Shown: positions 1 through 13,622 of the stretch, piece by piece | How the letters are laid out: each line of letters begins with the position of its first letter | Position numbering within the stretch: position 1 is the stretch's first letter | NCBI RefSeq assembly: GCF_009914755.1 | Contig: NC_060938.1 | Source of the DNA: the human T2T-CHM13v2.0 reference genome, Homo sapiens | Strand: one strand, 5' to 3' | DNA: 64,000 nt | Program-made: the position numbers and the translations under genes | Notes under the pieces: model-generated | The model's database searches: none | Told to the model about the DNA's origin: nothing | The model's input: only the letters and a program-made list of their open reading frames with translations

Positions 1-191
1 TTCACGGCATTCTCCTGCCTCAGCCTCCCGAGTAGCTGGGACTACAGGCGCCCGGCTAATTTTTTGTATTTTTAGTAGAGACGGGGTTTCACCTTCTTAG
101 CCAGGATGGTCTCGATCTCCTGACCTCATGATCCACCCGCCTCGGCCTCCCAAAGTGCTGGGATTACAGGCGTGAGCCACCGCGCCCGGCC
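1..191 (-). mobile_element. Young AluY (Yb-like bases), cut by window edge
   Basis: Alu consensus in reverse ending cgcgcccggcc; CpGs almost all intact; 12-bp internal deletion near position 50. Confidence 0.93.
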
Positions 192-1386
192 GTGAAGGCA
201 TCTTAATTACTAGCTCAGGTTGATTCCTGGGCTAGGCACTCAACCCTTTTGATAGGACTCTTCTCCATCTCAGGTTCTCCCTCTCTATTGGATTCTTCCA
301 GATTCCAGCTAAGTTCAAGTATTCCTCATTGTAATATTCTCCCTTAACCTTGTATCCACTCTGGCAACTGCTGACTCTTCACAGCTAAAGTTAGTGAAAA
401 GCTGATGGCAGTGGAAGAATGGTTCAGAGTTGTCTCTGGGGTCAAGAGAAGGACTTTCGCTACAGAGTCCTGTTGAAGATCCCTGTGAACCACCTACCTG
501 AGGTCATCCCTAACACCCTGTCAACTCCCACTCCCACAGCAGGTTTTGGGAGTCTACTGAAATTATACATTTTTTCTCTTTAAGTCTGGCTTATAAAGAG
601 AGACAAAAAGCTGGGAAAAACAAAGAGAAACTTCTATTCATTAAAAAGGTCGAGGAGAAACTTCCTGAAGGCATGAAGTTGGTCAGCTTTATCTGTCTAG
701 TTACAAAGAGTTAGCCACAGAAGACTGCCATTTATCCAAGTGAGATGAAATAGAAAAATATAGCAAAAAAAAAAAAAAAACAAACCCAAGCAGAACATAA
801 ATAAGGCTAGAGCCACCTGATAGCAGATTTGAACCTTCTGCAAATGACATTAATGGCTGAGGGCTGTTTCACTCACAGCACAACCTTGAATGGAGAAAAT
901 CACCTGCCAGAAATTCAGGTGCCATTGAAAGAAACCCAAGTGCATGAATATTTTTATATTAGAAAAAGACAAATTCAGGAGAGCCATGTGTTGGATGCAG
1001 AGCCCCAGAAGATTGCAAAGCAATAAAATAGAAAAACAGGCAACCAAAATTGCAGGTCTAAAAGGATGTAGCATTCCTTGTCACAGTGAAGGAGGAAAGA
1101 AAGCAAGCAAACAACTAAAAGCTAAAAAGTTCAAAGTCAAATAATATCTGAAAGAAAAGAGGCTGATTATAGATGGTGACTCTATAGCAAGACCAGAGTC
1201 ATAGGACCCCTCCTGCATTCAGACACAGGCACAACCTCCTTCATTAGATGTAAGTCTGCAGGAAAAACACAAAAAACAAAGACTGTCAAAGGTTAATCTT
1301 CCTACCACATATATTCAATTTCCAGAACTTTATCTCCCAGAACTTTCTGATAACATTCAGCAGAAAATTATAAAAATTTTAAAAGA

Positions 1387-1713
<327 letters not shown>

Positions 1714-1724
1714 TCAGATAGCAC

Positions 1725-3322
1725 AGCAAAAAATGAAGAGAAGTTGGAGGACTAACACTACCCAACTTCAAGTATTTCTCTAAAGCTATGGTAATCAAGA
1801 AAGTGTGGTATTGGTGAATTAATAGACAAATAGATTAATGGAACAGAATAAAGAGCCCAGAAATAGACCAACATAAACATTGTCCACTGATCCTTGACAA
1901 AGAAGCAAAAGCAATACAATGAAGCAAAGAGTATTCTCAACAAATGGTGCTGGAACAACTGGACATCGATATGCAAAAAAGAATCTAGACACAAACCTTA
2001 CATCCTTCACAAAAATTAACTCAAAATAGATTATAGACCTAAATGTAAAATGCAAAACTATAAAACTACTAGAAGATAACGTAGGAGAAAACCTAGACAA
2101 CTTTGGGAATGGCAATGACTTTGAGTATGGCAGTGACATTTTAGATACAACACAAATGGCATGATCTGTGAAAGAAATTATTGATAGGCTGGACTTCATT
2201 AAAATAAATTTTTGCTCTGCAAAAGCAATGTTAAGAGAATGCGAAGAAGAGCCACAGACTGGGAGAAAATGTGTGCAAAAGACGCATCTGACAAAGAACT
2301 GTTATCAAAAATATGCAAAGAACTCTTCAATTAAAAATGAGTCAGTGACTTCAACAGATAGATACCTTACCAAAGAAGATATACAGATGGCAAATAATCA
2401 CATGAAAAGCTGTTCCACATCATGTGTCATCAGGAAAATGCAAATTAAAACAATGAGATACCACTGCATACCTAGTGGAATGATCAAGTCCAGAACACTG
2501 AAAGCATCAAATGATTAGGGGGATGAGGATCAATAGGAGCTCTCACTAATACGCAAAATGGCACAGCCTCTTTAGAAGACAATTTTGAGGTATCTCACAA
2601 AACTAAACATACTCTAACCATATGATCCTGCCATCGTGCTCCTTGGTATTTACTCAAAGGAATTGAAAATGTCCACACAAAAACCTGCACATATATGTTT
2701 ATAGTAACTTTATTCATAATTGCCAAAACTTGGAAGCAACCAAGATGTTCTTCTGTAAGTGAATGGATAAATATGCTGTGGAACATTAGACAATGGAATA
2801 TTATTCAGCACTAAAAATAAATGAGCTATCAAGCCTTGAAAAGACATAGAGGAAACATAAATGCATGTTACTAAGCGAAAGAAGCCAATCTGAAAGGCTG
2901 CATACTGTATGATTTCAACTATATGATATCCTGTAAAAGATAAAACTATGGAGGCAGTAAAAAGATCAATGGTTGCCAGAGGCTAGTGGGGAGGGACAGA
3001 TGAATAGGAGAAGCACACAGAGTATGTTTAGGGCAGTTAATCTACACCATGATAGTGTAACAGTGGATACATGTCATTACTTAACTGTCCAAACCTGTAT
3101 ATACAACACCAAAATTGAGCCCTAATATAAACTGTGGACTTTGAGTGACTATGACATGTCAGTATAGGTTCATCAATTGTAATAAATGTACCACTCTGGA
3201 AGGGGATGTTGATAGTGAGGAAAGTTATGCATGTGTGAGGCAGGGGGTATTAGGAAATCTCTCTACCTTCCTCTTCATTTTGCTTTGAATGTTAAACTGT
3301 TCTAAAAAATAAAACCTAAAAA
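1725..3322 (+). mobile_element. Old L1 3' fragment (ORF2 end plus 3'UTR, L1MC-like)
   Basis: L1 ORF2 motifs (caaatggtgctggaacaactgg, atacagatggcaaataa, aaatgcaaattaaaacaatgagataccac) and L1MC-type 3' end ggaaatctctctacc...aaactgttctaaaaaataaaa. Confidence 0.88.
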
Positions 3323-3589
3323 ATTGATGAGCGTGTATATTAACCTAAGCATATTGAATCTTTAATGTTTATTTCATTTGTTTATTTATAGAAAATATTA
3401 TGCATCTCCTTTCAATGACCAAAGCTTTATCCTTTGTTTTGCAGTTATATATAAATGGAAGTCTGTAATTCGATTTTGGGGAAATCAATAAGATCAGCAT
3501 ATGCTGTGATAAATTATTAAATATCATCCACCCCTGCTGACTATACTTTTTCAGTAGATGGCAATATGACCTTTCCTTCTATCTCTGTG

Positions 3590-4020
3590 ATAAAACCATT
3601 GGTAAATCCAATAGGCATTTTTAGTCCTTGCTATTTTAAGTTCTCTACAGCATTTGGTCCTTTTGACCACTCCTTCTTATGATATTCTCTCACATCCTTG
3701 TCTTTCCAGATGCCACTCCATTTTGGTTCCCCGTGTACCGCTACTGTAATTCCTTCTTCTAAAACTGCTCTTTGTACTTATTTTCCCTCCTTAGTTCAAC
3801 CTTCAAAATATTTTAGGGTTCCATGCTTAATTCAACTCAATAAGCATTTTTGAGCGTCAAATAATGTGCAAGGCATGAAGGTCAGTACTGTAGATACCAA
3901 AATGAATAAGTCATGCAAATCATGGGAGAAGCATACAAAGAAACAAGTATAATCTAACCTCTAAGTGCTACAATAAAAATATGACTCATCCACGGGGTCA
4001 CAGAGGGTAAAGCAGTAAAT
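3590..4020. mobile_element. L2 fragments
   Basis: Includes reverse L2 3' end (attcaactcaataagcatttttgagcg...tgtgcaaggca); highly diverged. Confidence 0.5.
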
Positions 4021-4069
4021 TCTGTCCCCTTCTCTCTTTACCCACTCTTCCTAGGTGTTTTAATTGAGT

Positions 4070-4441
4070 CTTTTCAGTTATAAGAGAGGTTCACAGAGAT
4101 GATTCAAATAAGGAAGAGTTTGTTTTAATGACACACATGGGCAATAAAGAACAAAGGTGTCTCATAGGAATGAAAGAACAGGGGCGTGCTCTGTCTTCCT
4201 GTGCCACATCACTTGTGCTGCATGATGCTTTCTGCTTTCTCACAACTTTAGTTTGCACACAGTCCATAATGGTTCTTTCTCTATCTTGCAGCATCTTGTC
4301 AGTTTCAGCAACCTCTACTAATTGCCACATTTACTCAATGTTTATCAGTGTAAACTCCTGATGGGAAAAAAAAAGTCTTGATTGGTCCAGATAATCTTTT
4401 TGCACTAGGCTTTGTCAGAAATCACCAGCTAGCCTAAGGAT
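4070..4441. mobile_element. Diverged MLT1-like MaLR LTR, interrupted by the MER4-group LTR
   Basis: Weak similarity to old MLT1 (tcttgattggtccag); apparently resumes at 5351-5410. Confidence 0.35.
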
Positions 4442-5350
4442 TGAGAACTAAAAATAAAATCCTAAGCCCCCCAACCCACTGAATGGACCCCCTGTTGTCC
4501 AAGGGAACCCCAGAGAAACCTTAAAAACTGAGTTCCTGGCCATGATGGGTCAGGAGGTCAGATAAGCCTCATCATACCCTCTCCCTTTTGCAGTTTAGAC
4601 CCAACAACTTGCCAGCATTAATGTTAAAATAAGGCTGACAGAATGGACTCTTTATGGCAATAAGATACCAAATTCTAAATAGGACCTAAGGCCACACCAG
4701 GCAAGGGTTAAGTCATGCACTCCTACACTTAAAGAGTAAACTAGGTTCTAACTGCCACAAGGTTTTTCCTTACTCTGAAGCTAAACAAGCACTGACCTCA
4801 AGATAAGCAATATTGAAATAACTGCAGCTCACCCACCATCAGATGCTGACTGACTCCCTGTTTCACAAGCCACAACTACAGCTTCGATTGAACAAGAGAC
4901 TGATTTCTGTAACTTTCTCCTGATTAGAGACCACCAGCCATGGACTGGCTCTGGCAGGTTTTACAGGCTGTGTACTTGAGTGCCTCCCTGTCTCTGCTTC
5001 ACATTTGGACATATCTGGCCTAATTGTAATGCATTTAAATGTTAAGTCTCCACCTCAGGGTGAACATGGGTTGTATGTAAAATACATGTTTACTCAACCT
5101 GAATATGTATGATGACCCTCATCATGAATATTCATAGCTCCTCTATAACCCATTGAATATGTATACTTGGCCAACCTGTTCGGTATAAATTCCTGTCTCA
5201 TCTTTCCCTCCCTTGAAGTGCCTGTTTCTGGCCTTTGGCCAGAGGCTATGCTTCCCAGCCTTTCAGAATGGCCACCTTGCAGGCTGTAGCCCTTTATAAG
5301 ATAGCCTCCTTTCTAAATTTGTAAATTCAGTAATTGCTTTTCTGTTAACA
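4442..5350 (+). mobile_element. ERV1 solo LTR, MER4 group (MER4D-like), ~909 bp
   Basis: TG...CA ends (tgagaactaaaaataaaatcctaagccccccaac ... gttaaca); 4-bp TSD ggat/gaat. Confidence 0.85.
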
Positions 5351-5429
5351 GAATGGAATCCACTTCCAATCCAACCCTCTGTGGTTAGAAGTGGAGATGA
5401 ACATGTGATAAAGCCCATTTCAATACTGT

Positions 5430-6560
5430 CCTGCTTGCAAATCCTCAGAGACTTAGAAAGAACTCTATTCTCATTAGCATGACCTACAAGGCCCCAAATG
5501 ATCTGGCCCTGGCCCACCTCTCAAGCTTCATTTCATGATGAAGCTCCTAGACCATGTCAGGTTCTTTCTGCTTAAGGCCCACTGCATATGTTGTTCCTGC
5601 CACCTGTATCATGAACTAGAATGTGAGCTCCAGGAGGCAGGGACCTTGTCCATCTTGGTCACCATATAATCACTTATGCCTGGCACAATAAGGACTCAAA
5701 AAGTACTTGTCAAGTGAATGTTGAAATAATGGTAGAACAACATTGTCTAAGGCTCACCTCTACAGCGGAGGCTGTGGTTAGGAAGACATAATTCCTGAAG
5801 CCTAGGTCATTGGCTGAGCAGACGTCCTCCTGTTTTCCACTGCTAATGTTTTCCACACCTATATATTGTCAGCCGAAGTTCTAGTCTCAATTTCAGACCT
5901 GCATTTCCATCTTCCTCTGATCTTCAACTAGACACTCCATGGTGATGTCAGGCCTATTTGTCCCTCAAGCCTGTACCTCTTTCCATATTTCTTCTTTTTT
6001 ATGGTTTCCCCATTTGGCCACTCACCAAAATCAGAAACCTCATGATCTTTCCTACCTGACCTCACTCACCACTTAAACCAATTCTCTTATAAAACTCTTC
6101 TTATTTTCCCTCCTGAAGTAGCTTTCAAACCTGTCCTTCCCTCCCTGATCTCATTTCCATTGCCCTAGTTAAGGCTTCACTGTCTCTCAACTAAAGGACT
6201 GGAAGTCTCTTCCTGCTGTTTCCCAGACAATTCCCCCTTTTTGCCTAATCTTAGTCACAACATTGCCATCACAGCAATCTTTTAAAAACATAAATCTGAT
6301 CCTGATTCTCCCCACCTTAGAAACCTATGTTGATGTCATGGTCAAAATAGTTTACACGGTTTTTCATAACTGGTCCCTGCCTCCCTTTCTGGCCCTATTT
6401 CCCCCCTTTTGCTCAGCCCCTTGCATACTGTTCCCCAGTATTATTGAATGCCTTGCTTTTTAAAAAATTCCTTATGTGTATGTGCATCCTGTTTCTTCTA
6501 CTTGGAATGCCTTTCCCACCCATCTCCCCTTAACCTAAACTCCCAGGAGAGCAAGTCAAT
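5430..6560 (+). mobile_element. L2 fragments
   Basis: L2 3' motifs actagaatgtgagctccagg...cctggcaca...gtgaatg at 5615-5720, plus body fragments 5860-6560. Confidence 0.6.
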
Positions 6561-6793
6561 CTTCAAACACTTACATGGACAAACTGTGGAAAAAAATGAT
6601 GAAGGAAGTTGAAGAGAAATAACAAATAAATAAGGTTGTTGCTATGCTTAAAGTCCCTAGGAAAAAGTAAAAGAATTTTGAAGAAGTGAATTCCAAGTGT
6701 CTGGGCATTTCACCCAGAGCATGCTCCCAAAAGCAAAGGGGAAGATTATCTATGAAAATACTAAGCACTATCACAAATAATTGAAATCAGCAC

Positions 6794-7021
6794 AAATTCC
6801 TGTCTCCTCTTTCCCTCCCTTGCAGTACCTGTGTCTGGGCTTTGGCCAGAGGCTATGCTTCCCAGCCTTTCAGAATGGCCACCTTGCAGACTGTAACCCT
6901 TTATAAGAAATAAGGTCTTCTTTCTAAATTTATAAGTTAAGTAATTGCTTTTCTGTTAACAGAATGGAATCCACTTCCAATTCGACCCTCTGTGGTTAGA
7001 AGTGGAGAGTGTACATGAGAT
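6794..7021 (+). repeat. Direct duplicate of 5187-5409 (LTR 3' end plus flank)
   Basis: Colinear match (~90% by eye) that continues past the LTR end gttaaca|gaatggaatccacttcc in both copies. Confidence 0.92.
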
Positions 7022-8793
7022 TACACTGACTAAAATGGGAAAAAAAAAAAGAGCTAGCAACTTCTGTGTTTCTGTGGAACCCAAATGAACATTCATCATC
7101 AAGATCAGAGGTACCCGTGGTGTGAGACTTTAGTTCCAAAAGATATTGTAGGATCTTCACAGTCCCTAAGTTTCAGTGGCTCACCTGTTAAGCTCAATTC
7201 GAACCTGCACTCAGTAAATAAATTGGTCTGCAGCATAGTTATGCCAAAGAAGCAAATTGTCTTGATAAATAACTCATATTGTACAATCATTCAGAAATTG
7301 TGTAATCATATGCACAAAGTATCAATTTATTAAATCTGTACAGTTGAAAAACATTTCAAATAGGCAAAAAAACTTACTGTACACTTTAAATTATTTCCTC
7401 CATGAAGCGAAACGAAGAAAGAGACCATGCACTTTTTTAAGAGGGTTATGCTATTAACAGGGAAGACTAGATCATTTTAGGTCATATTAAAAGAAGGAAA
7501 CAAAGGGTCTACTAGTGGCTCATATTAAATAGGGAAAGCAAGAAAACCAACATAGATGTCCCCTGTTTTGTGAAGCTTTTCTTTACTCTTTACTACAAGG
7601 TAGAATTAATGCTCCTTATTATCTACTTCTGCATCTTATAAATATATTTATTATTGCACATATCTCACTCTACTGTGATTATGTACTTACATATCTGTTC
7701 CCTTTACTGAACTGTAAGCTATTCAAGGACAGAGACACTTTGCACCGTTTGTACTCTCCATGTCTGTTCAGTCTGGAGCCTCTAGCTGCCTGATGAACTA
7801 ACTATACTAAACTAAAGAAGGACTCTTCTTGTCCTTCCAGAGAATGTTACTGGCACAGGAATATTCTCAGCTTAAGTAAAGCATATGCATTTATTTTATT
7901 GACTGGAACTCTAAGACCTATGTAGAGGCAATGTCCAAAACACAGCCAAGTTCCCTGACAGTCTTTAAATCAAGAGTTCTCTGTTTTCAAAAATCTGTCC
8001 CAAACTCTTGCTGCCGTGCTCTGCAAACTCTTGGTGATTGCTTGATGATCTCCAGCTGTTTTCACTTCCAAGATTTTAACTTTTTCTTTTGTGGACCAAA
8101 ATGCACTGAACAGCTTATAAGGAAATGGTATTTTGAGTGAAATTATTTCTTGTATTTACCTCCTAATTTTAGGTGGCCTTCAGCACCATCCACCCCAAAC
8201 ATAACCTGTCCTCTCTCCCACCATCCATGCACTAAGTACCTGTGAATTCCATCACTGCTGATTCCAATGGGACCCAGAATTCCTTCCTTATGTACTAGCT
8301 CAGCACATCCATTCATCGCAAGGCTTGTTGGCAATGTTGGTAACTCTGCTTTTCATCATATAACTTTGGTGCTGTATATCATTGGGCAGTTCATGAACTT
8401 GAATTTTCTATGAAAATACCACCGAAGAAGCACAGTCCATCAATTGTTTCATGGAAAAGCTAGCAAAAGAATTAGCCAAGGATGGCTTTGCCCAAGTCCC
8501 AATAACTCAATAGAAAACATTCTTTTTCCATGATAGAATGTCTACCTATCTTGATAAACTCATATTCTCTCTGCATATTCTTTGCCTTGGATGTTTAACA
8601 AAGTATCAACGCCTGGAGAAAAGAGCAGAAAGCTGGAAGCATGAGTCCAGGAGTTAGACTCAGCTTGGAACTTGCTCTGTAATCCGAGTCAAGTCACCTC
8701 CTTCTTCAGGTGTCATTGTGGATTTCACCACACAAGTACTTAGGCTAGGAAAACAAAAAGTATTAAACCTGTGCTAAAGGTACTTTTACATAG

Positions 8794-9221
8794 TGTCAAG
8801 GACGATGAATGGGTCTGAGAATTTTCCCAACTTGAAATCTAATAAGCTGGTCAGCCACAATGTCATGGATGCTGACAAAAAACATGAGATTCCTGGGTCA
8901 GAGGCAAACAGAGCAAGCAGCATGAGAGTCAGCATATTTGAATCAGCACCTCTTGCTCCTGAGCTGTACAGGAGTGACACACATGTACCCAGAAGGAAGC
9001 CTGAACACGGTTGCATTTTAGGATAGGAATTCTTGAGTTTAGGGAATCTGAATCTTTTCCAATGGGCAATAAGCATGCCTGCTCTAGGGGAAGACATTCT
9101 ATGTGCCAAGGCTGTTTGCTATACAAACATCCTTGAAGAGACAGTCCAGAACAAATGGCAACCAATACTTTGCTCACAAAACATGCCGCAATGTGAGAGA
9201 TCCTTTAAGAATTATCTCCCA
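8794..9221 (-). mobile_element. ERV1 solo LTR, LTR37-like (~428 bp)
   Basis: Minus strand runs tgggagataattc...caaggatgtttgtatagcaaacagccttgg...ctctgacccagga...ctcagaccc...cttgaca. Confidence 0.75.
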
Positions 9222-9459
9222 AAATCTGGCAACCTGTATATATACAAAAGAGGCAAATTATACTTATATATCACTTTACTGGGAAAACTGTTTCCAGAAG
9301 ATATACTTAATTATGGTCTTTCTTTAGAATTTAAATTTAATGCAAATAATAACAAGCTTTCCCAGTAAACATCTCACTTTATAAATGGAGGCTTATTCTC
9401 TCAAATGCCAAGCAATAATATTGTATTTAATTAATGGGGTATCATGCTTATTAGAACCT

Positions 9460-9640
9460 ATCATTATTTGAGACTCCAATATGGACCAGATACTGTGCTA
9501 GTTTTGTGATTGATCTGTATTATTACATTTTATGTTAAAAAATTACTGCAAATTAGACATTATTTTACAAGTGTTGGAAACTGAAGCTAAATGATCAACA
9601 TCTAGGTACATTTGCTTCCTAAAGCCATGCTTTTTCTACT
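9460..9640 (-). mobile_element. MIR
   Basis: tattttacaagtgttggaaactgaagct core. Confidence 0.55.
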
Positions 9641-9769
9641 AACCTGTGTGGTTGGCATGGTAGCCAACAAATAACACATGGAAATTGAAGTGGCCTGAAA
9701 CCTAAGTCGTAGTCATTGACAACTAAGGTTTACTGAGTGCTGCCTGAACTCAGTCATTCTCATTTTCTA

Positions 9770-9960
9770 AGCCAGCGCATCAATCTCATGTGTATGGGAG
9801 ATACCTGAGGAGTAGGTGAAGACGCAGATTCTTAAGCTTCAGCCCAGAAGATTCTAGTTCAAATGATCTTTGTTGAGGCCCAATAATTTCTATTTTAAAC
9901 AAACTCTTGAAAATATTTTAAATGCTGGTGGTCCTTAAAACTCATCTGAAGAACACTAGG
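9770..9960. mobile_element. MER5-type hAT relic
   Basis: gcagattc...agattc...ttttaaacaaactc...tgaagaacactag pattern. Confidence 0.55.
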
Positions 9961-10339
9961 AAAGAATAAAATCTATAAAAAGAACGATATAAGAGCAGTG
10001 ACAAGGTGGCCACTCTAGAGCAGATTTATAGTTTTACAAAATGTAGGGGTGCCAGTTAATTTGAAGAGCTACTATAGAAGCTAATCAGAAAGAGAAATTT
10101 AAACAACAACAAAAATAGAAACACACATTATTATCAACCAAATGTGGGACTGGATTATGAAAAATACAGGGGAAGATAATATCCAAAATATATAGATATA
10201 GAAGTGACCTGGTTTGTTATTTTATTATTTAAATTAAGAATTCTAGATCCCAATCTTTTCATAAAGATTTATTTCTTACTTCCCAAAGATTTTATGAGAA
10301 ATAGAGCAGACCAGCATGCAGGGAAATGCCATGAAATTT

Positions 10340-10465
10340 GCAACCTCTGTGAGCCTCAGAAAAATGGGAATAATAAATTTGGCTTTGTAGGGGTCTTATA
10401 AAGATTAAAATTATTTTTCAAGTATCTAATATAGTATCTAGCACACTGTAGGCACTCATTAAATG
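10340..10465 (+). mobile_element. MIR
   Basis: acctctgtgagcctcag...aaaatgggaataata...ggcactcattaaatg. Confidence 0.6.
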
Positions 10466-11929
10466 TAGTGGAGGTATGCGCTTTTCTTCTGTTTTTCCAC
10501 CAAAGTCACAAATGAGTGAGAAAGCAACAATTGCTAAGTCAATCCTGAGTCAAGCTTGGCACCAAGGCTGATTGTGAAAGGTTCTTGTCCTGCTTCCAGC
10601 GCCTGATTTGAGATCTGAAGCAGGAAGGGGATGCTGAGAGCAGTCTTGCATTCTAAAGGTGAAGGGTTTCCGCCAGAGGGTAGAACTTTGCTTTTCATGG
10701 ATACTATGTCATCATGTACTAAAGTTTGGTATATTCTTCAGGTTTGTCTCTAATAGATGTGAATACAAATCAGTGATATTTAATGATTTCATATGTATTT
10801 TGTTCAATAGCTAAATCTAATAATTCTCAAGGATTAAGTAATTTTAAATGAAGGATATAAGATACGATATAAGAAAAAAGAAAGGTTGCAATATATATTG
10901 GGTTGATATCTAAAGCTTGTCATTCCCTGTCTGAAAGCTGCAATATATAATCCATTTGCTTTTTCATTTCCAGTGTTCAAATTCTATCTTCAGCATAGTG
11001 AGCCCAAACAAAACCAATTCCTTTCATGCCCTCTACTGGATATTTGAAGTTAAACGTCAATAACACTGCAAAGTAACCAAAATAATGATACACATAATAT
11101 CCAGAATGTTCTTTTATAGCCTCTTTAAATAAAAATTCGTTTACATTGGTTCACTGGTATCAGATTTCCTTTTTCTGCCTAAAATGCAAATTTCAGAGTC
11201 ACTTCTTCGTATTATATGGAAATTATTTGTTGAGGGAAAAGGAGTGAATAAACGTAGTTTGTATAACTGACACCTTTGAGGTGTCTCAAAGGAACAGCGG
11301 TGTCATTGGCTGCTGTGATATTTAAGCTTCCTTTTTGTTTCTGTCCTGGTTCAATAGTAAAATCTACCAGCAGTTGAAATCTGTATTAGAAGGGTGGGAT
11401 GGTAGAGCCCACAACTGAAAAAATTCTCCATATTAGCTGTTTCCATCAGACAAAACCCATCAGAAGGAGGGCAAAGAAGTTCTTTGCTTGGTGACCTGGC
11501 TGTCTATAGCCATCTTTGCATCCACTTTAAGGGTGTCTGGAAAGATGTCCCCTTGCTCCCAATTCAGCTCACCTACCCTCTCCCAGGGCTTTGTTTTACT
11601 CAGCAGTGCCATACCAATTATTAAATTTGTAAAATTTCCATAGCAGTTGTTACGTGGCCACTGCCCTTAGCTACCGTCTGCCACTCACCATGCCTTGACT
11701 TTCCCACAATCAAGAAATTGAAAGGTCAAATCCGGGTCTACTCACTCCAGGAAATTTCCTGATCCAATCCACCCAGACACCTAGATCCTTCAGGCCCTAC
11801 ACAGGCCTAAATGGGTGTAGTCCTGTCTATGTCAATCTGGCCTGAAACATCAGCACCAGAGATGTTACTGCAGAGCTACACGTCAGCAGGACCAAGGAAG
11901 AAAGGAGGTCCCATGTTTTTCTCTCTACG

Positions 11930-12110
11930 TAGCAATAATAGGTAAGATTTATGGAGAACATATTACATGCCAGCTATAATACGCATTGTTTCATTCACTC
12001 TATAACGGCTCTATTTTACAGATGAGTAAACAGAAACATCTGATAACTTCCACCTAGTGCATGGAGAGCTAGAATTTGAAGTAGGGCTGACCAATACCAA
12101 AGCCTGATGT
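11930..12110 (-). mobile_element. MIR
   Basis: ctattttacagatgagtaaacaga core. Confidence 0.65.
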
Positions 12111-12938
12111 CTAGTGAAATTCACACAATGCTGCAAATCTGAAGACTCTGCAGCAGATTTTGTAGGTACTTTCAGCAGAGGAGTTTCAGAAATGCTTTGC
12201 ACAAACACAGGTTCACCAAGTGAGTGATCACACGGGAAGACCACGTGGGAAGGTGGGTAGTCTCAGTCACTCTCAGTTGCACCCTTTACTTCAGGGAGGG
12301 CAAGGGAACAAAACTTCGGATTACCAATGATGTAACTCCCATAAAAACCAAGTAAGAAAAGTCCCCCAGACTTCTCCTTCAGCTTGTTACTTAATATTGG
12401 GTGTTGAAGGATCTTTGGGGATGGGAGGAGGAACAATCATGATTCTCATGCAAATATAAAACATGCTTATGTCAAACTTTCATTTAACTCATTAATTAAA
12501 TGAGGTAACAGGTAAAATAATAGTAGAAGCTAATAACTCAACATGAAATCCCATAGCTCAATTGCATGGTGATTGAGAGAATAAGACTTCATTAACAACA
12601 GGTTCAGAGAAAGCCAAAAAGCAGAGACATTTATAGATCAGGAAGAGTGAAATGGATTTGCAAATGGAAACAAAATTGGTGCTTTTGTGTGTGTGGACAG
12701 GGAGGAGTCAATTAACTTTCCACTGGACAGAATTTATTTATATGCCTATGGGCATATTTGCATTGCTATCAGTTTTGTACAAGTTAACTTTGATCCCTAC
12801 AAAATTATAAAATAGCCTAGTCAAAGACAAAGGTGCATATTTGGATAGGAACATAATCCCCAGTGGTTATAGCATTACCTGGAACATTACCTTGAAAAAA
12901 CATTAATCCTGATCAATCTTGTTTTGTTTATTCCAATG

Positions 12939-12940
<2 letters not shown>

Positions 12941-12981
<41 letters not shown>

Positions 12982-13140
12982 GAGATGGAGTCTCCCTTTG
13001 TCACCCAAGCAATTGTTCGTGCAGTGGCAAGATCTCAGCTCACTGCAACCTCCATCTCCCGAGTTCTAAATGATTCTCCTGTCTCAGCCTCCAAGTAGCT
13101 GGGATTACAAGTGTGTGCCACCACACCCAGCTAATTTTGT
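12941..13140 (-). mobile_element. Alu right-arm fragment with pure T40 tail
   Basis: T at 12941-12980 followed by reverse Alu right monomer. Confidence 0.9.
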
Positions 13141-13329
13141 TTCCTAACATGGATCAAGTGGTGAAAAAAATCAATAGAACTAATTCTTTAGCACTGACCT
13201 ACGTTTATGAGCAGTTGCCGTAGGGTTTGGATTGGGGAATGAGCAAGAAAGATTAGGAAAATTAAAATTTACTCTCTCCAGCCTCATTCTCAGGAGAGTA
13301 TTTCAGAGATGAAATATAAAAGCAAAGAT

Positions 13330-13622
<293 letters not shown>

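Noticed and set aside
1758-2786. ORFs over the L1 fragment
   Set aside because: Degraded, truncated L1 ORF2; not an active element.
4442-7021. Two-LTR provirus
   Set aside because: The second copy is only the LTR 3' end plus shared flank, and the spacer is L2-like with no gag/pol similarity visible.
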